Assembly (NCBI GenBank): GCA_944363705.1
Contig: CALVUY010000002.1
Coordinates: forward strand, 1 to 54,501
DNA: 54,501 nt
Reading direction: 5' to 3'
DNA from: an uncultured Bacilli bacterium
GTDB taxonomy: Bacteria > Bacillota_I > Bacilli_A > RF39 > UBA660
Numbering within the stretch: the stretch's first letter is position 1; every line of letters begins with the position of its first letter. The translations under genes and the position numbers were made by a program. The notes under the pieces were generated by a model. That model had not been told where the DNA came from and made no database searches. It saw only the letters and a list, made by a program, of their open reading frames with translations. Below are positions 1-10,004 of this stretch, in pieces.

Positions 1-29
1 AAAATAAAAAAATCCTTATATCATAAGGA
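1..29 (-). terminator. Rho-independent terminator-like hairpin at window edge
   Basis: Inverted repeat tccttat (13-19) / ataagga (23-29). On the minus strand the stem is followed by a T-run (complement of 1-12). Confidence 0.4.
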
Positions 30-98
30 CTTCGTGAAAGATGGGCATAAAATATTTATGGGCATAAAAGGCAGTTTTTATGCTTAAGGATAAAAACT

Positions 99-107
99 GC
101 CCCCCCC
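99..107. repeat. Homopolymeric C9/G9 tract
   Basis: Nine consecutive C on the + strand, directly after an 11-bp perfect-stem hairpin (70-80 / 91-101). It lies inside a possible 49-codon minus-strand ORF (56-205). Confidence 0.9.
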
Positions 108-295
108 CAGGTAACAAATTGTAAACCTGAAGTTTTAGAAAAATGACGAATTAATTTACCCCAGAATTGACGATTTATTTTACCCTGAAAAATTAAATTA
201 GCCATATTCATTCCTTCCTTTCTTTATCTTTGTTAACTTAATATTATCATGAAAAAGGGAAAGAGTGCAACTACTTTTATTTTAGGTTTACATAT

Positions 296-1420
<1,125 letters not shown>

Positions 1421-1436
1421 CTATAGAAAAAGAAGT

Positions 1437-2804
1437 CTAACCTCTTCTTTTCTTTTGATATGTAAGTGGATCTTTAGCAAGCGTTTCGTTCATATTATTA
1501 TTAATATCATAAACTACACCTGTTCCAACCAATGTATTATTATCTAAAGTAGATAAATATCTATAATCAAACATTTGATTATTTTTAAGTCCTATTATTT
1601 CTTGTCCTAAAGGACTAATCGCTTCTACATAATCCGTATTTAACTCAGTAGAAACAGCTTGATTAATAATCTCTACTCTTCTATTCTGAATCTGTCCATC
1701 TTCAAAAGTCATAATACTAACTTTACTACCAATGCCTATTGTATTATCAGATGGTGGTTCTACTATTTTACCTTCTCTAAGCATCTTATTAACAATACCT
1801 AATCTAGAATAAATAGCCCAAATACTAGAATAAACACTTTCTTCTTTTTCTATATTACTATTATCTATATCAATAATCTCACCTGTATAAGTAGTAGTTC
1901 TACATTTACCATTTTCTTTATATGAAAAATTTTCTTTAACATAATCTCCTTTATGTTTAACGAAAATTCTAGATGCTACTGTACTATTAGCATTAATCTC
2001 ACTATGAACATCATACTCATCTTTATCAACAATTGTATACATCTTTGTTTTATTATTTTTATTTTTTAAAGTAATAATAGAACCTACCATTATTCTATCT
2101 TCATATTTTTTTAACTTTGCTAAAGAATTTCTTAATCTTTCCTGTTCTTCTTTTAATAACTTAAACTGACTTAATGTTATCTCATGTAGTTTGTTTAACT
2201 CTTTAGTATCATTTTTCATATAAGCTTTCTTTCTTATTATTTCATTTTTCTTAGAAATTCTAGCAGATTTAGGTCTAGACATTATAAAATGTATATCTTT
2301 ATTAGATTTCTTTATGATTTTAACTATCTTACCCGTAATAGTAATAGCATCTTTTCTTCCTTCTAAATTAAACGTATAAGAAAACTCATCATCGATAGTT
2401 TTACCCCAAACTGCTTTACCTAAGTTACTATCATATGGCATATAACCTTTATCCTGATTAATATTAGCCCTTGTAAGTCCTATTGGATTTTCTACTAAAG
2501 TATAAGTTGCCTCTTCTTTTGAATCATCGTATAGGACTGTAAATTCTGTTCCATAATTAATAGTATTAGACTCTTTTAAATCAATAAACTCATTTTCTTC
2601 TAAAGCACTTTTATAAGATTGCAATTTAGCTCGTATATTACTATAACTACTTGATTCTAGAGTAGTATCTACATATTTTACAAATCCTAAATCCATCGTT
2701 GTTTTCTCAGCGTTTTTAAAGTATTCTTCATAGTCTTTCTTCTGCTCTTCTAAACGTTTTATCTCATCTCTTAAAGCTTTTACTTGTTCTGGTATTAATA
2801 TCAT
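1437..2804 (-). CDS. Coiled-coil protein with three GreA/GreB C-terminal-like (FKBP-like) domains
   Basis: 455 aa. Three segments resemble the GreA C-terminal domain: GTEFTVLYDD..ATYTLVE..SNLGKAVWGKTIDDEF; VGSIITLKNK..KMYTIVDKDE..STVASRIFVKHKGDYV; IGSKVSIMTFEDG..VEAISPLGQEIIGLKNNQMFDY. They are separated by charged coiled-coil stretches. Confidence 0.55.
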   Translation of the reverse strand: MILIPEQVKALRDEIKRLEEQKKDYEEYFKNAEKTTMDLGFVKYVDTTLESSSYSNIRAKLQSYKSALEENEFIDLKESNTINYGTEFTVLYDDSKEEATYTLVENPIGLTRANINQDKGYMPYDSNLGKAVWGKTIDDEFSYTFNLEGRKDAITITGKIVKIIKKSNKDIHFIMSRPKSARISKKNEIIRKKAYMKNDTKELNKLHEITLSQFKLLKEEQERLRNSLAKLKKYEDRIMVGSIITLKNKNNKTKMYTIVDKDEYDVHSEINANSTVASRIFVKHKGDYVKENFSYKENGKCRTTTYTGEIIDIDNSNIEKEESVYSSIWAIYSRLGIVNKMLREGKIVEPPSDNTIGIGSKVSIMTFEDGQIQNRRVEIINQAVSTELNTDYVEAISPLGQEIIGLKNNQMFDYRYLSTLDNNTLVGTGVVYDINNNMNETLAKDPLTYQKKRRG

Positions 2805-2863
2805 ATAAATTCCCCCTTTAATGACTAGATTATGATACCATAGAAAAGCTTATAAGTAAAGAA

Positions 2864-3283
2864 TTATTTACTTCTTCTATTCTCATTTATATAGTCATAA
2901 TTCTTTGCCTCTACAAATATTAATCTCTTTTTAGCATCCATTACCTTTTTTTGAAGTTCTAAAGACATTTCTTTTAGAGTTTTTTCTAGAAGGTAAGCTC
3001 TATATTTATTTTTAACTAATTGTCTAAACTTCTCTATTTCATTTAAGGCCTCATGATAGGCAGTACCTGTATCATCATCACTATTTAAATAGAAATTTAC
3101 TAATTTTAAAAGTTTTAAATATTTTTTATAGACTTTGTTACTAATAAAGACTTTTTGTATATCTAGACTATATATAGATACTTTGTTATCGTGTGACTTA
3201 ATAGTTAGCTCTTTTCCTAAAGTTAAATCTCCATTATAAGTAAAACTCTTTTCTATTATTAAATAATTATTCAACTGAATCAT
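2864..3283 (-). CDS. Hypothetical protein (139 aa), overlaps trmD stop
   Basis: ORF overlaps the trmD 3' end by 17 nt. No motif recognised. The start may be a downstream TTG. Confidence 0.5.
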   Translation of the reverse strand: MIQLNNYLIIEKSFTYNGDLTLGKELTIKSHDNKVSIYSLDIQKVFISNKVYKKYLKLLKLVNFYLNSDDDTGTAYHEALNEIEKFRQLVKNKYRAYLLEKTLKEMSLELQKKVMDAKKRLIFVEAKNYDYINENRRSK

Positions 3284-3947
3284 CTCCTTTTAATAAGTCA
3301 GGCCTATTTTTTTCTGTTAGTTTAATTTGTTGTTCCCTTCTCCATTTATCTATCTTGGCATGATCTCCATTAACTAAGACATCAGGAACACTTAAACCTT
3401 CATAAATTCTAGGTTTTGTATAGGTTGGATAGTCTAACAAATTATCAGAAAATGATTCGTTCTCATAACTTTCTTTTCTTATAACACCATCTATTAGTCT
3501 TGTAATAGAATCTATTAAGACCATACAAGGTATTTCTCCTCCTGTTAAGATATAGTCTCCTATAGATATTTCCATATCACAAATAGTTTTAATTCTCTCA
3601 TCAAAACCTTCATAATGACCACAAATAATAATTAAATGTTTTTCTAAAGATAAATCTATTGCCATACTCTGTTTGTATAACTTTCCACTTGGTGTTAATA
3701 AGATTACTTTAGAATTATCACTTCTTAAGGCTTTAACAGCATCAAATATTGGTTGACACATTAAAACCATACCAGCTCCTCCCCCATAAGGAGTATCATC
3801 TACTTTTTTATGAGTATTGTTACTATAATCTCTAATATTATGAATATTAATTTCTACTAAATTATTACTAATTGCCCTTTTAATAATAGATTCATCAAAC
3901 ACACTATTAAACATATCAGGAAATAAAGTTAATACATCTATTTTCAT
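3267..3947 (-). CDS. trmD: tRNA (guanine37-N1)-methyltransferase
   Basis: MKIDVLTLFPDMF N-terminus and YGGGAGMV, GHYEGFDERI, GDYILTGGE motifs. Start moved to the ATG at 3947, which is preceded by GGAGGA. Confidence 0.95.
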   Translation of the reverse strand: MKIDVLTLFPDMFNSVFDESIIKRAISNNLVEINIHNIRDYSNNTHKKVDDTPYGGGAGMVLMCQPIFDAVKALRSDNSKVILLTPSGKLYKQSMAIDLSLEKHLIIICGHYEGFDERIKTICDMEISIGDYILTGGEIPCMVLIDSITRLIDGVIRKESYENESFSDNLLDYPTYTKPRIYEGLSVPDVLVNGDHAKIDKWRREQQIKLTEKNRPDLLKGDDSVE

Positions 3948-4068
3948 GATTTCCTCCACTAATTAAACTATTCTTTTATCATCTACCAATACCCTAAAAT
4001 CATCAATTGCATTATTATGTAATCCATACAAATATATTTAATCAAATTTACTGGTATTGTGAATATTT

Positions 4069-5025
4069 TTAACATTTACTTTGTTCAATATGTTGTGTTA
4101 AAACTTTTTGAGGTGATATTTTTATTTCCCATTGTTGCGGTCTTAATTTATGCATTTGTTTGCAAAATTCTATTTCAGACCAAATTCTATCTGTAGTTTC
4201 TTTATTACCATAAAATTCAAATAACATTTTATAAGTCCATTCATTTAATAATTCATATTTATCAAACGGTGGTAATGGATTTCCTTTAAAGTTTTCATTA
4301 TCATTAACAATTCCCCATTCCCATTGTTCTAGATATTCATCATAGGTTTCATCATCATACCAAAAATCCATAATTAACTTTTGTTTTTCTTCTAATGTCC
4401 AATTAGGATTTCTTAAAATTTGATATCTAATATCAAATGGTCCCCACCCATGAACTTGGGTATCACTTAACATAGTAAATGCATAATTAAAATATTCATT
4501 TATTGCTTTTGCTCCAATTGGATTAATACATCTATCAATATCAATTGTAGTTGTAATATCATCTGTTATCCCTTGCTCATCCAATTTTTTGGAATATTCA
4601 TCTCTTTGTTTTTTATATCTAGTTGTTCCAATTTTATTCATTGCTTCATCAACAGCAAAAGCTTTTTGTTCTTCTGTCAATTTTATATTGTGATTCCATA
4701 AACTCATTAACAAAAATGAATAACCACCGTTATGAGCGCCATCTATAACAAGTCTAGCTATATCTTTATTTGTATAAATAGACTTTATCAATTCATTATA
4801 TGCAACATGATCTACATCCCTATAATCAATTAATATTGCTTCTGAAATAGCCAAACCATTTACAATATATCCACTATTACTTTTATTTCTTCTAATTTTA
4901 ACTGCCTGTCTTAAAACTTCTGAATTACTTTTAATTTGAGTCCATATAACATTTGCATCTCCAATTCTTGGTAATCCATATTTAGCAATAGATAGTTCTT
5001 TATCTATTTTTTCAATATTTAACAT
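4069..5025 (-). CDS. Hypothetical Trp/acid-rich protein (318 aa)
   Basis: ORF with a good RBS (AGAGGAGGG) before the ATG at 5025. No recognisable catalytic motif, signal peptide or TM segment. It sits alone between rimM and trmD, with intergenic gaps on both sides. Confidence 0.6.
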   Translation of the reverse strand: MLNIEKIDKELSIAKYGLPRIGDANVIWTQIKSNSEVLRQAVKIRRNKSNSGYIVNGLAISEAILIDYRDVDHVAYNELIKSIYTNKDIARLVIDGAHNGGYSFLLMSLWNHNIKLTEEQKAFAVDEAMNKIGTTRYKKQRDEYSKKLDEQGITDDITTTIDIDRCINPIGAKAINEYFNYAFTMLSDTQVHGWGPFDIRYQILRNPNWTLEEKQKLIMDFWYDDETYDEYLEQWEWGIVNDNENFKGNPLPPFDKYELLNEWTYKMLFEFYGNKETTDRIWSEIEFCKQMHKLRPQQWEIKISPQKVLTQHIEQSKC

Positions 5026-5207
5026 TTTAAACCCTCCTCTTTGTAATTGTATATTATAATACATTTTTTTAAATTGAAATATTATTTAGTGTTTTTTAAA
5101 GATTATTATATACATTAACTTCCAATTTACAAATATATTTTCTAAATTGCCAAAATAAAATCATTTTGAACATCTACTACCAATAATAATTTTTTCATAA
5201 CTTCCTC

Positions 5208-5690
5208 CTATAGAAGTTTAACTATAACTTCTTTTTTATTACTATCTATTTTTACAAACTCTTTATGATAAGGAACTAATACTTCATTGTTATTTATTAA
5301 TAATCTAAGTATCTTATAATTATTACCAGTCTCTTCAATATCAATAATCTTACCTTCTATATTATCAGTAGTTTTAACTTTATAAGTTATAAGTTCACTA
5401 TCTAAGACATCTTCATTATTAAGATTTATCTCATTCTTAGATTTATATACTTTCTTACCCTTCAAGAATAATACTTCATTTATATTAGTAAACCCTAGAA
5501 AAGTAACCATATCATAATCTTTATGAACTCTATAACTAGTTATCTCATAAGATTTATCATCTATAATTAAATTACTTCCTATTTTAAATATCTCATCTCT
5601 TTGTTTAGTAGTTAAGTTATCTTTAATCCTAAGTTCTCCTTTAATACCATGGGTATTAACTATTTTACCTATTATATATAATTTATTCAT
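5208..5690 (-). CDS. rimM: 16S rRNA processing protein RimM
   Basis: N-terminus MNKLYIIGKIVNTHGIKGELRI matches the RimM signature (iG.i...hGikGe). Size is about 160 aa and it neighbours trmD. Confidence 0.85.
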   Translation of the reverse strand: MNKLYIIGKIVNTHGIKGELRIKDNLTTKQRDEIFKIGSNLIIDDKSYEITSYRVHKDYDMVTFLGFTNINEVLFLKGKKVYKSKNEINLNNEDVLDSELITYKVKTTDNIEGKIIDIEETGNNYKILRLLINNNEVLVPYHKEFVKIDSNKKEVIVKLL

Positions 5691-6441
5691 TAGATTCATC
5701 CATTTCATAAAGAATTATAGAAGTAGCGACTCCTACATTAAGGCTTTCTACTACATCATTCATGGGTATATAGATAAATTTATCACTTTGTTCTAAATAC
5801 TTAGGATTAACACCATTACCTTCATTACCTATTATAAGGGCAAAGGTTTCTTTTTCTTCTTGAGATAAGTTCTTTACTTCTTCACCATACTTAACATTAG
5901 TTGCAAGTACAGGTATTTTTAATTTCTTTAATATAGGAATTAATTTATCTATTGAATAGAAGACTATTGGTACATGAAAAATCATACCTTGAGTCGCTCT
6001 TACTACTTTAGGAGAATAAACATCTACAGTATTATCTCCTATTACGATAGTATCTATATTGAAAGCAACTGCACTTCTAATAATAGTACCCATATTACCA
6101 GGATCTTGTATTTCATCTAATATTAGTATTCTCTTACCTATTGTTGTATCTATTATCTTCTCGCATAACCCTATCATCTTAGGAGGAGATGATAAACTAC
6201 TTATTTTCTTTAAGACTTCTCTACTTACTTCAATCTGTTCTACATCTAGTGGTAATACCTCTCCTTCTTCTAATAGGATTTCTTTCAAAACACCAGCTTT
6301 ATATGCTTCTAATACTAAATGTTCTCCTTCTACTATAAACTCATTATTAATATCACGATACTTTTTCTTCTGTAATTTATAATAGTACTTAACTTTCTCA
6401 TTATCTAAACTAGTTATAACCATACTACTCCTCTTCTCCAT
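5683..6441 (-). CDS. SpoU/TrmH-family RNA 2'-O-methyltransferase
   Basis: Motifs DEIQDPGNMGTIIRSA, IIGNEGNGV and SLNVGVATSIILYE. Confidence 0.85.
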   Translation of the reverse strand: MEKRSSMVITSLDNEKVKYYYKLQKKKYRDINNEFIVEGEHLVLEAYKAGVLKEILLEEGEVLPLDVEQIEVSREVLKKISSLSSPPKMIGLCEKIIDTTIGKRILILDEIQDPGNMGTIIRSAVAFNIDTIVIGDNTVDVYSPKVVRATQGMIFHVPIVFYSIDKLIPILKKLKIPVLATNVKYGEEVKNLSQEEKETFALIIGNEGNGVNPKYLEQSDKFIYIPMNDVVESLNVGVATSIILYEMDESNE

Positions 6442-7075
6442 ATTTATTAGTTAATTTTCTCCACTTCTTATAATCAGGACAGTTCTCTTCTACAATAGCC
6501 CAAAACTTCTTAGAATGATTCGCTTCTATTAAGTGACTTAACTCATGATAAATAACATAATCAAGACAACCTATATCTTTAGTAATTAATTCTGTGTTTA
6601 ATGTAATAACATGAGTCTTAACATTACATACTCCCCATCTAGTAGTCATCTTCCTAAGTCTTAATTTAGGATGAGGAATACTTCTAGTAAAGTTATTATA
6701 ACACATTTCTAGATGTTTACTAAAAATACCTAAAGCTTGTTTCTTCTTCCATTTATCTAAATCAAAGTCTCTTTTAATAAAAACTTTATTTTCACCTAAT
6801 TTAAAGTCACAAAACTCTGTATATATAATATCATATTTTTTACCTAAATAGTAAAATTCACTATTAAATTTTATTTTTTCTTTAACTTTCTTAATCATTT
6901 TTCTAATAGAATCTAAATTTTCTTCTACTACACTCATTATCTTTTTATTAGAAGTTAAAGTATTACAAGTAACATAAATAGTTAAATCATCTTTAACTCT
7001 AATATAAATATTTTTAGTAGTACTTTTCTTAACTATCTCTAAATTGTAAGTTTCATTATCTATATTTAAAGTCAT
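6425..7075 (-). CDS. YgjP-like (DUF45 / M48-like) metal-dependent hydrolase
   Basis: C-terminal HELSHLIEANHSKKFW motif typical of the YgjP/DUF45 family. 216 aa. Confidence 0.75.
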   Translation of the reverse strand: MTLNIDNETYNLEIVKKSTTKNIYIRVKDDLTIYVTCNTLTSNKKIMSVVEENLDSIRKMIKKVKEKIKFNSEFYYLGKKYDIIYTEFCDFKLGENKVFIKRDFDLDKWKKKQALGIFSKHLEMCYNNFTRSIPHPKLRLRKMTTRWGVCNVKTHVITLNTELITKDIGCLDYVIYHELSHLIEANHSKKFWAIVEENCPDYKKWRKLTNKYGEEE

Positions 7076-7088
7076 AAAATCATCCCTC

Positions 7089-7117
7089 TTGATAAAATTA
7101 ATTATTTATGATACTAT
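7089..7117 (+). promoter_or_regulatory. Orphan sigma-A-like promoter (TTGATA-17-TGaTACTAT)
   Basis: TTGATA at 7089-7094, a 17-nt spacer, then an extended -10 TG-a-TACTAT (7109-7117). No + strand ORF follows. Transcription would run antisense into the 3' end of the small minus-strand ORF. Confidence 0.4.
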
Positions 7118-7145
7118 GAATATGTAAAGAGAATTTACATATTAT

Positions 7146-7185
7146 AAAAAAGAGGAATACCTAGTTTGCAGTTAGGTGTTACCTC
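7146..7185 (-). terminator. Rho-independent terminator (minus strand)
   Basis: Imperfect hairpin gaggaataccta / taggtgttacctc (7152-7185). On the minus strand it is followed by TTTTTT (complement of 7146-7151). Confidence 0.5.
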
Positions 7186-7241
7186 AAATTGTGTTTTTCA
7201 AGTTAACACCCTAATTACAAAGATGTAATTGGGTGTTTCTC

Positions 7242-7310
7242 TTAGTTGTATATAATTAAAAGAATAATAATCACTATTAACATAGTTATTAAAAAATCCT
7301 TTTTTGTCAT
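7242..7310 (-). CDS. Candidate 22-aa hydrophobic peptide (MTKKDFLITMLIVIIILLIIYN)
   Basis: Found by hand translation; it is below the ORF-track cutoff. ATG at 7310 is preceded by AAAGGGGA, and the stop TAA is at 7242-7244. A charged N-terminus is followed by one TM-length hydrophobic run. Two hairpins and a terminator follow. Confidence 0.35.
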   Translation of the reverse strand: MTKKDFLITMLIVIIILLIIYN

Positions 7311-7434
7311 AAGCAAGTCCCCTTTCTACCCCCTGAAATCAAGAAGTGAAAAGAGGCAAAACACCCATTACTAAGTATTCCTAGGTAAATAATAACACAA
7401 ATGTATCTGTTAATCAATCGAACAAGATACATTT

Positions 7435-8661
7435 TTATTTTAAAATTTTACGTTTTGAATAAGTTTTCATCTTATCTACATATTCATCTAAACATAAAGA
7501 AGAAATGTCAATTATCTCATCTTCATTTTTAAACTTTAAAATTAATTTATACTGTTTGAATATATTATCAAGCAATTTGCAATAAGTATCAAAATTGTCG
7601 CGTCCTAAATTTTTATATAGTGGAGAAATTCTATTAGTAATAGCGCAATAATCTATCAATTGCCTATAAGTATCTAAAAGAGGTTTAATTAAAGGAATAA
7701 ATACTTCATAAATACATTGAGGTATTTCTTTATTACTATTCTCTTCATAATCAAATATATAAATATTATCTTCTCTTAGTTTCGATAAAAGTTTAAAAGC
7801 CTTTTCTTCTGTTCTTATTTCATTAAAAAAGCAATATTTATTATAGCAATTTTCACTTACATGAATTAGTTCGTGAATTAAAGCCTCATCTAGAATATTA
7901 GAAAAAGGGAACTTTAATAAAGGAAATATCAAAATACTTTTCCAGTTATTATGATTAGTCTTTATTGTTTGTACTTGTGAAAAAGCATTTAAAAACAACA
8001 TTGATGTAGCAATCTCTTCTATAGATATTAAGGAAGAATTATTAGTATGCTCTAATCTTTGAATAACTTTCTTTCCAAAAATACTACAACAAGTGGTTAA
8101 ATAATTTATTTGTTTTTCTATTTTATTTTTATAATCTAAATAGTTTTGTACTTCATTCACATCAACTGCGGAGTTTAATCCAATACTTTTGCAATTATCT
8201 AAATATTCTTGCCTTTTATTTCTTATTGTATTTTTATCAGCTTCACTTATATTAGAATCTAATAAAAGAGCTTCGCTTTCTTTTGAAAAGCTATCTAAGT
8301 TAAGATTTAAAATTTCATCTTTATAGTTTTCAAAATAAGAATCACTTATATTAAAAAATTCTTTTATATAAGGATAATATATTTTCTTATTAACGGATTT
8401 ATTAGCAGTTTGCGATGTAAATTTATAATCCTTACTTAAAAAATAGTACTTTATCAAGTTTTTAATATTAGGATTAAACTTTTTTACAAACTGATAAGTT
8501 ACATCTGGAGTTGAATCAAAGAAGTAGAAAGCATCTTTAATTCTAGTAGCAATTAAGTCTTTAAAACTATGATGATAGGAACTAGCAATTAAATCTATTA
8601 GATAATCTTGATATTCTAAAAATCTCTTGTTAGGGTTTAATAATCTATCTAAGTCTTTCAT
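7435..8661 (-). CDS. Hypothetical protein with HExxH motif (408 aa)
   Basis: ALIHELIHVSEN contains HELIH. The start ATG overlaps the obg stop (TAATG, 1-nt overlap), which suggests translational coupling. Confidence 0.6.
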   Translation of the reverse strand: MKDLDRLLNPNKRFLEYQDYLIDLIASSYHHSFKDLIATRIKDAFYFFDSTPDVTYQFVKKFNPNIKNLIKYYFLSKDYKFTSQTANKSVNKKIYYPYIKEFFNISDSYFENYKDEILNLNLDSFSKESEALLLDSNISEADKNTIRNKRQEYLDNCKSIGLNSAVDVNEVQNYLDYKNKIEKQINYLTTCCSIFGKKVIQRLEHTNNSSLISIEEIATSMLFLNAFSQVQTIKTNHNNWKSILIFPLLKFPFSNILDEALIHELIHVSENCYNKYCFFNEIRTEEKAFKLLSKLREDNIYIFDYEENSNKEIPQCIYEVFIPLIKPLLDTYRQLIDYCAITNRISPLYKNLGRDNFDTYCKLLDNIFKQYKLILKFKNEDEIIDISSLCLDEYVDKMKTYSKRKILK

Positions 8662-9932
8662 TATTTACGATACTCAAAATAAAAGTCTAATATTCTAACC
8701 ATATCCCCATCAGTTGCACCCATCTTCTCAAGTTCTTCATCAATACCCATTTTTCTTAGCTTATTACTAAATCTTTTAATACCTTCATCAGTGAACTTAG
8801 TCATTTTAAATAACTTCTCTACTTTTTCTCCCTTAATTACAAAGTCTTCCCCTTCTTTTTCTATAGTAAATGGTTTTTCTTCTTTAAATTTATATAAGAC
8901 GTGAGACTCAAAAGCATCATCTTCATAAAGATTTTCTTCTTTTATAGTATCTAATAAGTCACTTAAGTAATCTACTACTTCACTAAGTCCAGAACTTGTT
9001 AAGGCAGTTACTTCAAATATTTTCTTATCTTTTACTTTTTCTTTAAATTTATCAAGGTTATCAATACTACCTTCAATATCCATTTTATTTGCAATTATTA
9101 CCATAGGTTTAGTAAGTAGTTTTTTATTAAATTCTTCAAGTTCTTTATTTATTAAAAGATAATCTTCATAAGGATCTCTTCCTTCAGTACCAGCCATATC
9201 AATAACATGTAATATTACTCTAGTACGCTCTATATGTCTTAAGAATCTATCACCTAATCCTTCTCCTTTACTTGCACCTTCTATTAATCCTGGAAGATCT
9301 GCCATAACAAATGTTTTACCGTTAGTTGCACGTACTACTCCAAGATTAGGTTTTAGCGTTGTAAAGTGATACTCTGCAATCTTAGGTTTAGCTTTACTTA
9401 CTTTAGAGATAATAGTACTCTTACCAACACTAGGAAGACCAACAAGACCAACATCGGCAAGAAGTTTAAGTTCTACTTTAATAGTTCTCTCTTCTCCTGG
9501 TTCACCATTTTCGGAGAAGTTTGGAGCGGTATTAGTCTGGGTCTTAAAGGCAGTATTACCACGTCCACCTCTACCACCTTTTGCAATAATAGCAGAATCA
9601 TTTTTACCTTTTAAATCGGCAAGAATAAGGCCTGTATCTAAATCTGTTACAACTGTTCCTTGAGGCACTTTAACTACTAAAGGTTCAGCACCTTTACCAT
9701 GTTGATTCTTTCCTTTACCATTTTCACCTTTCCTACCTTTAATTTCTTTTTGATAACGTAAATCAAGTAAGGTATGAAGTCCTTCATCTACTTTAAAGAT
9801 AATATCAGAACCATGTCCTCCATTACCGCCATAAGGTCCTCCCATAGGAATATATTTTTCACGACGAAAAGCAGTACAACCATCTCCACCACTTCCAGCG
9901 ATTACTTTAAGTGTTACTTCATCTACAAACAT
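8661..9932 (-). CDS. obg: GTPase Obg/CgtA
   Basis: Glycine-rich Obg fold (GGDGCTAFRREKYIPMGGPYGGNGGHGSDIIF), G1 GLPSVGKST, G3 DLPGLIEGAS, NKMD, and a C-terminal OCT-like domain. Confidence 0.95.
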   Translation of the reverse strand: MFVDEVTLKVIAGSGGDGCTAFRREKYIPMGGPYGGNGGHGSDIIFKVDEGLHTLLDLRYQKEIKGRKGENGKGKNQHGKGAEPLVVKVPQGTVVTDLDTGLILADLKGKNDSAIIAKGGRGGRGNTAFKTQTNTAPNFSENGEPGEERTIKVELKLLADVGLVGLPSVGKSTIISKVSKAKPKIAEYHFTTLKPNLGVVRATNGKTFVMADLPGLIEGASKGEGLGDRFLRHIERTRVILHVIDMAGTEGRDPYEDYLLINKELEEFNKKLLTKPMVIIANKMDIEGSIDNLDKFKEKVKDKKIFEVTALTSSGLSEVVDYLSDLLDTIKEENLYEDDAFESHVLYKFKEEKPFTIEKEGEDFVIKGEKVEKLFKMTKFTDEGIKRFSNKLRKMGIDEELEKMGATDGDMVRILDFYFEYRK

Positions 9933-10004
9933 ATTAACACACTCCCCTCAAAACTTTCCTATATTATATCACAGAGAAAAGAAAAAAAGAAAGAGATTTT
10001 CTTC

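Noticed and set aside
1-295. preQ1-type riboswitch or other queuosine-related RNA next to tgt
   Set aside because: The region is downstream of tgt, not upstream, and I could not match the short preQ1 aptamer consensus. The structure seen is described as an unexplained repeat and hairpin region instead.
6059-6382. 107-aa + strand ORF inside the SpoU/TrmH methyltransferase gene. The same applies to 9366-9614, 9774-10091, 10990-11223, 14456-14872, 15868-16137, 16984-17208, 20434-20625, 24495-24785, 26515-26745, 27460-27678, 30406-30597, 35325-35624, 38053-38262, 50291-50491, 53056-53325 and 53829-54011.
   Set aside because: All lie antisense to, or out of frame within, well-supported genes. They have low-complexity, Ser/Ile/Leu/Phe-rich translations typical of the reverse frame of AT-rich coding DNA, and they lack an RBS.
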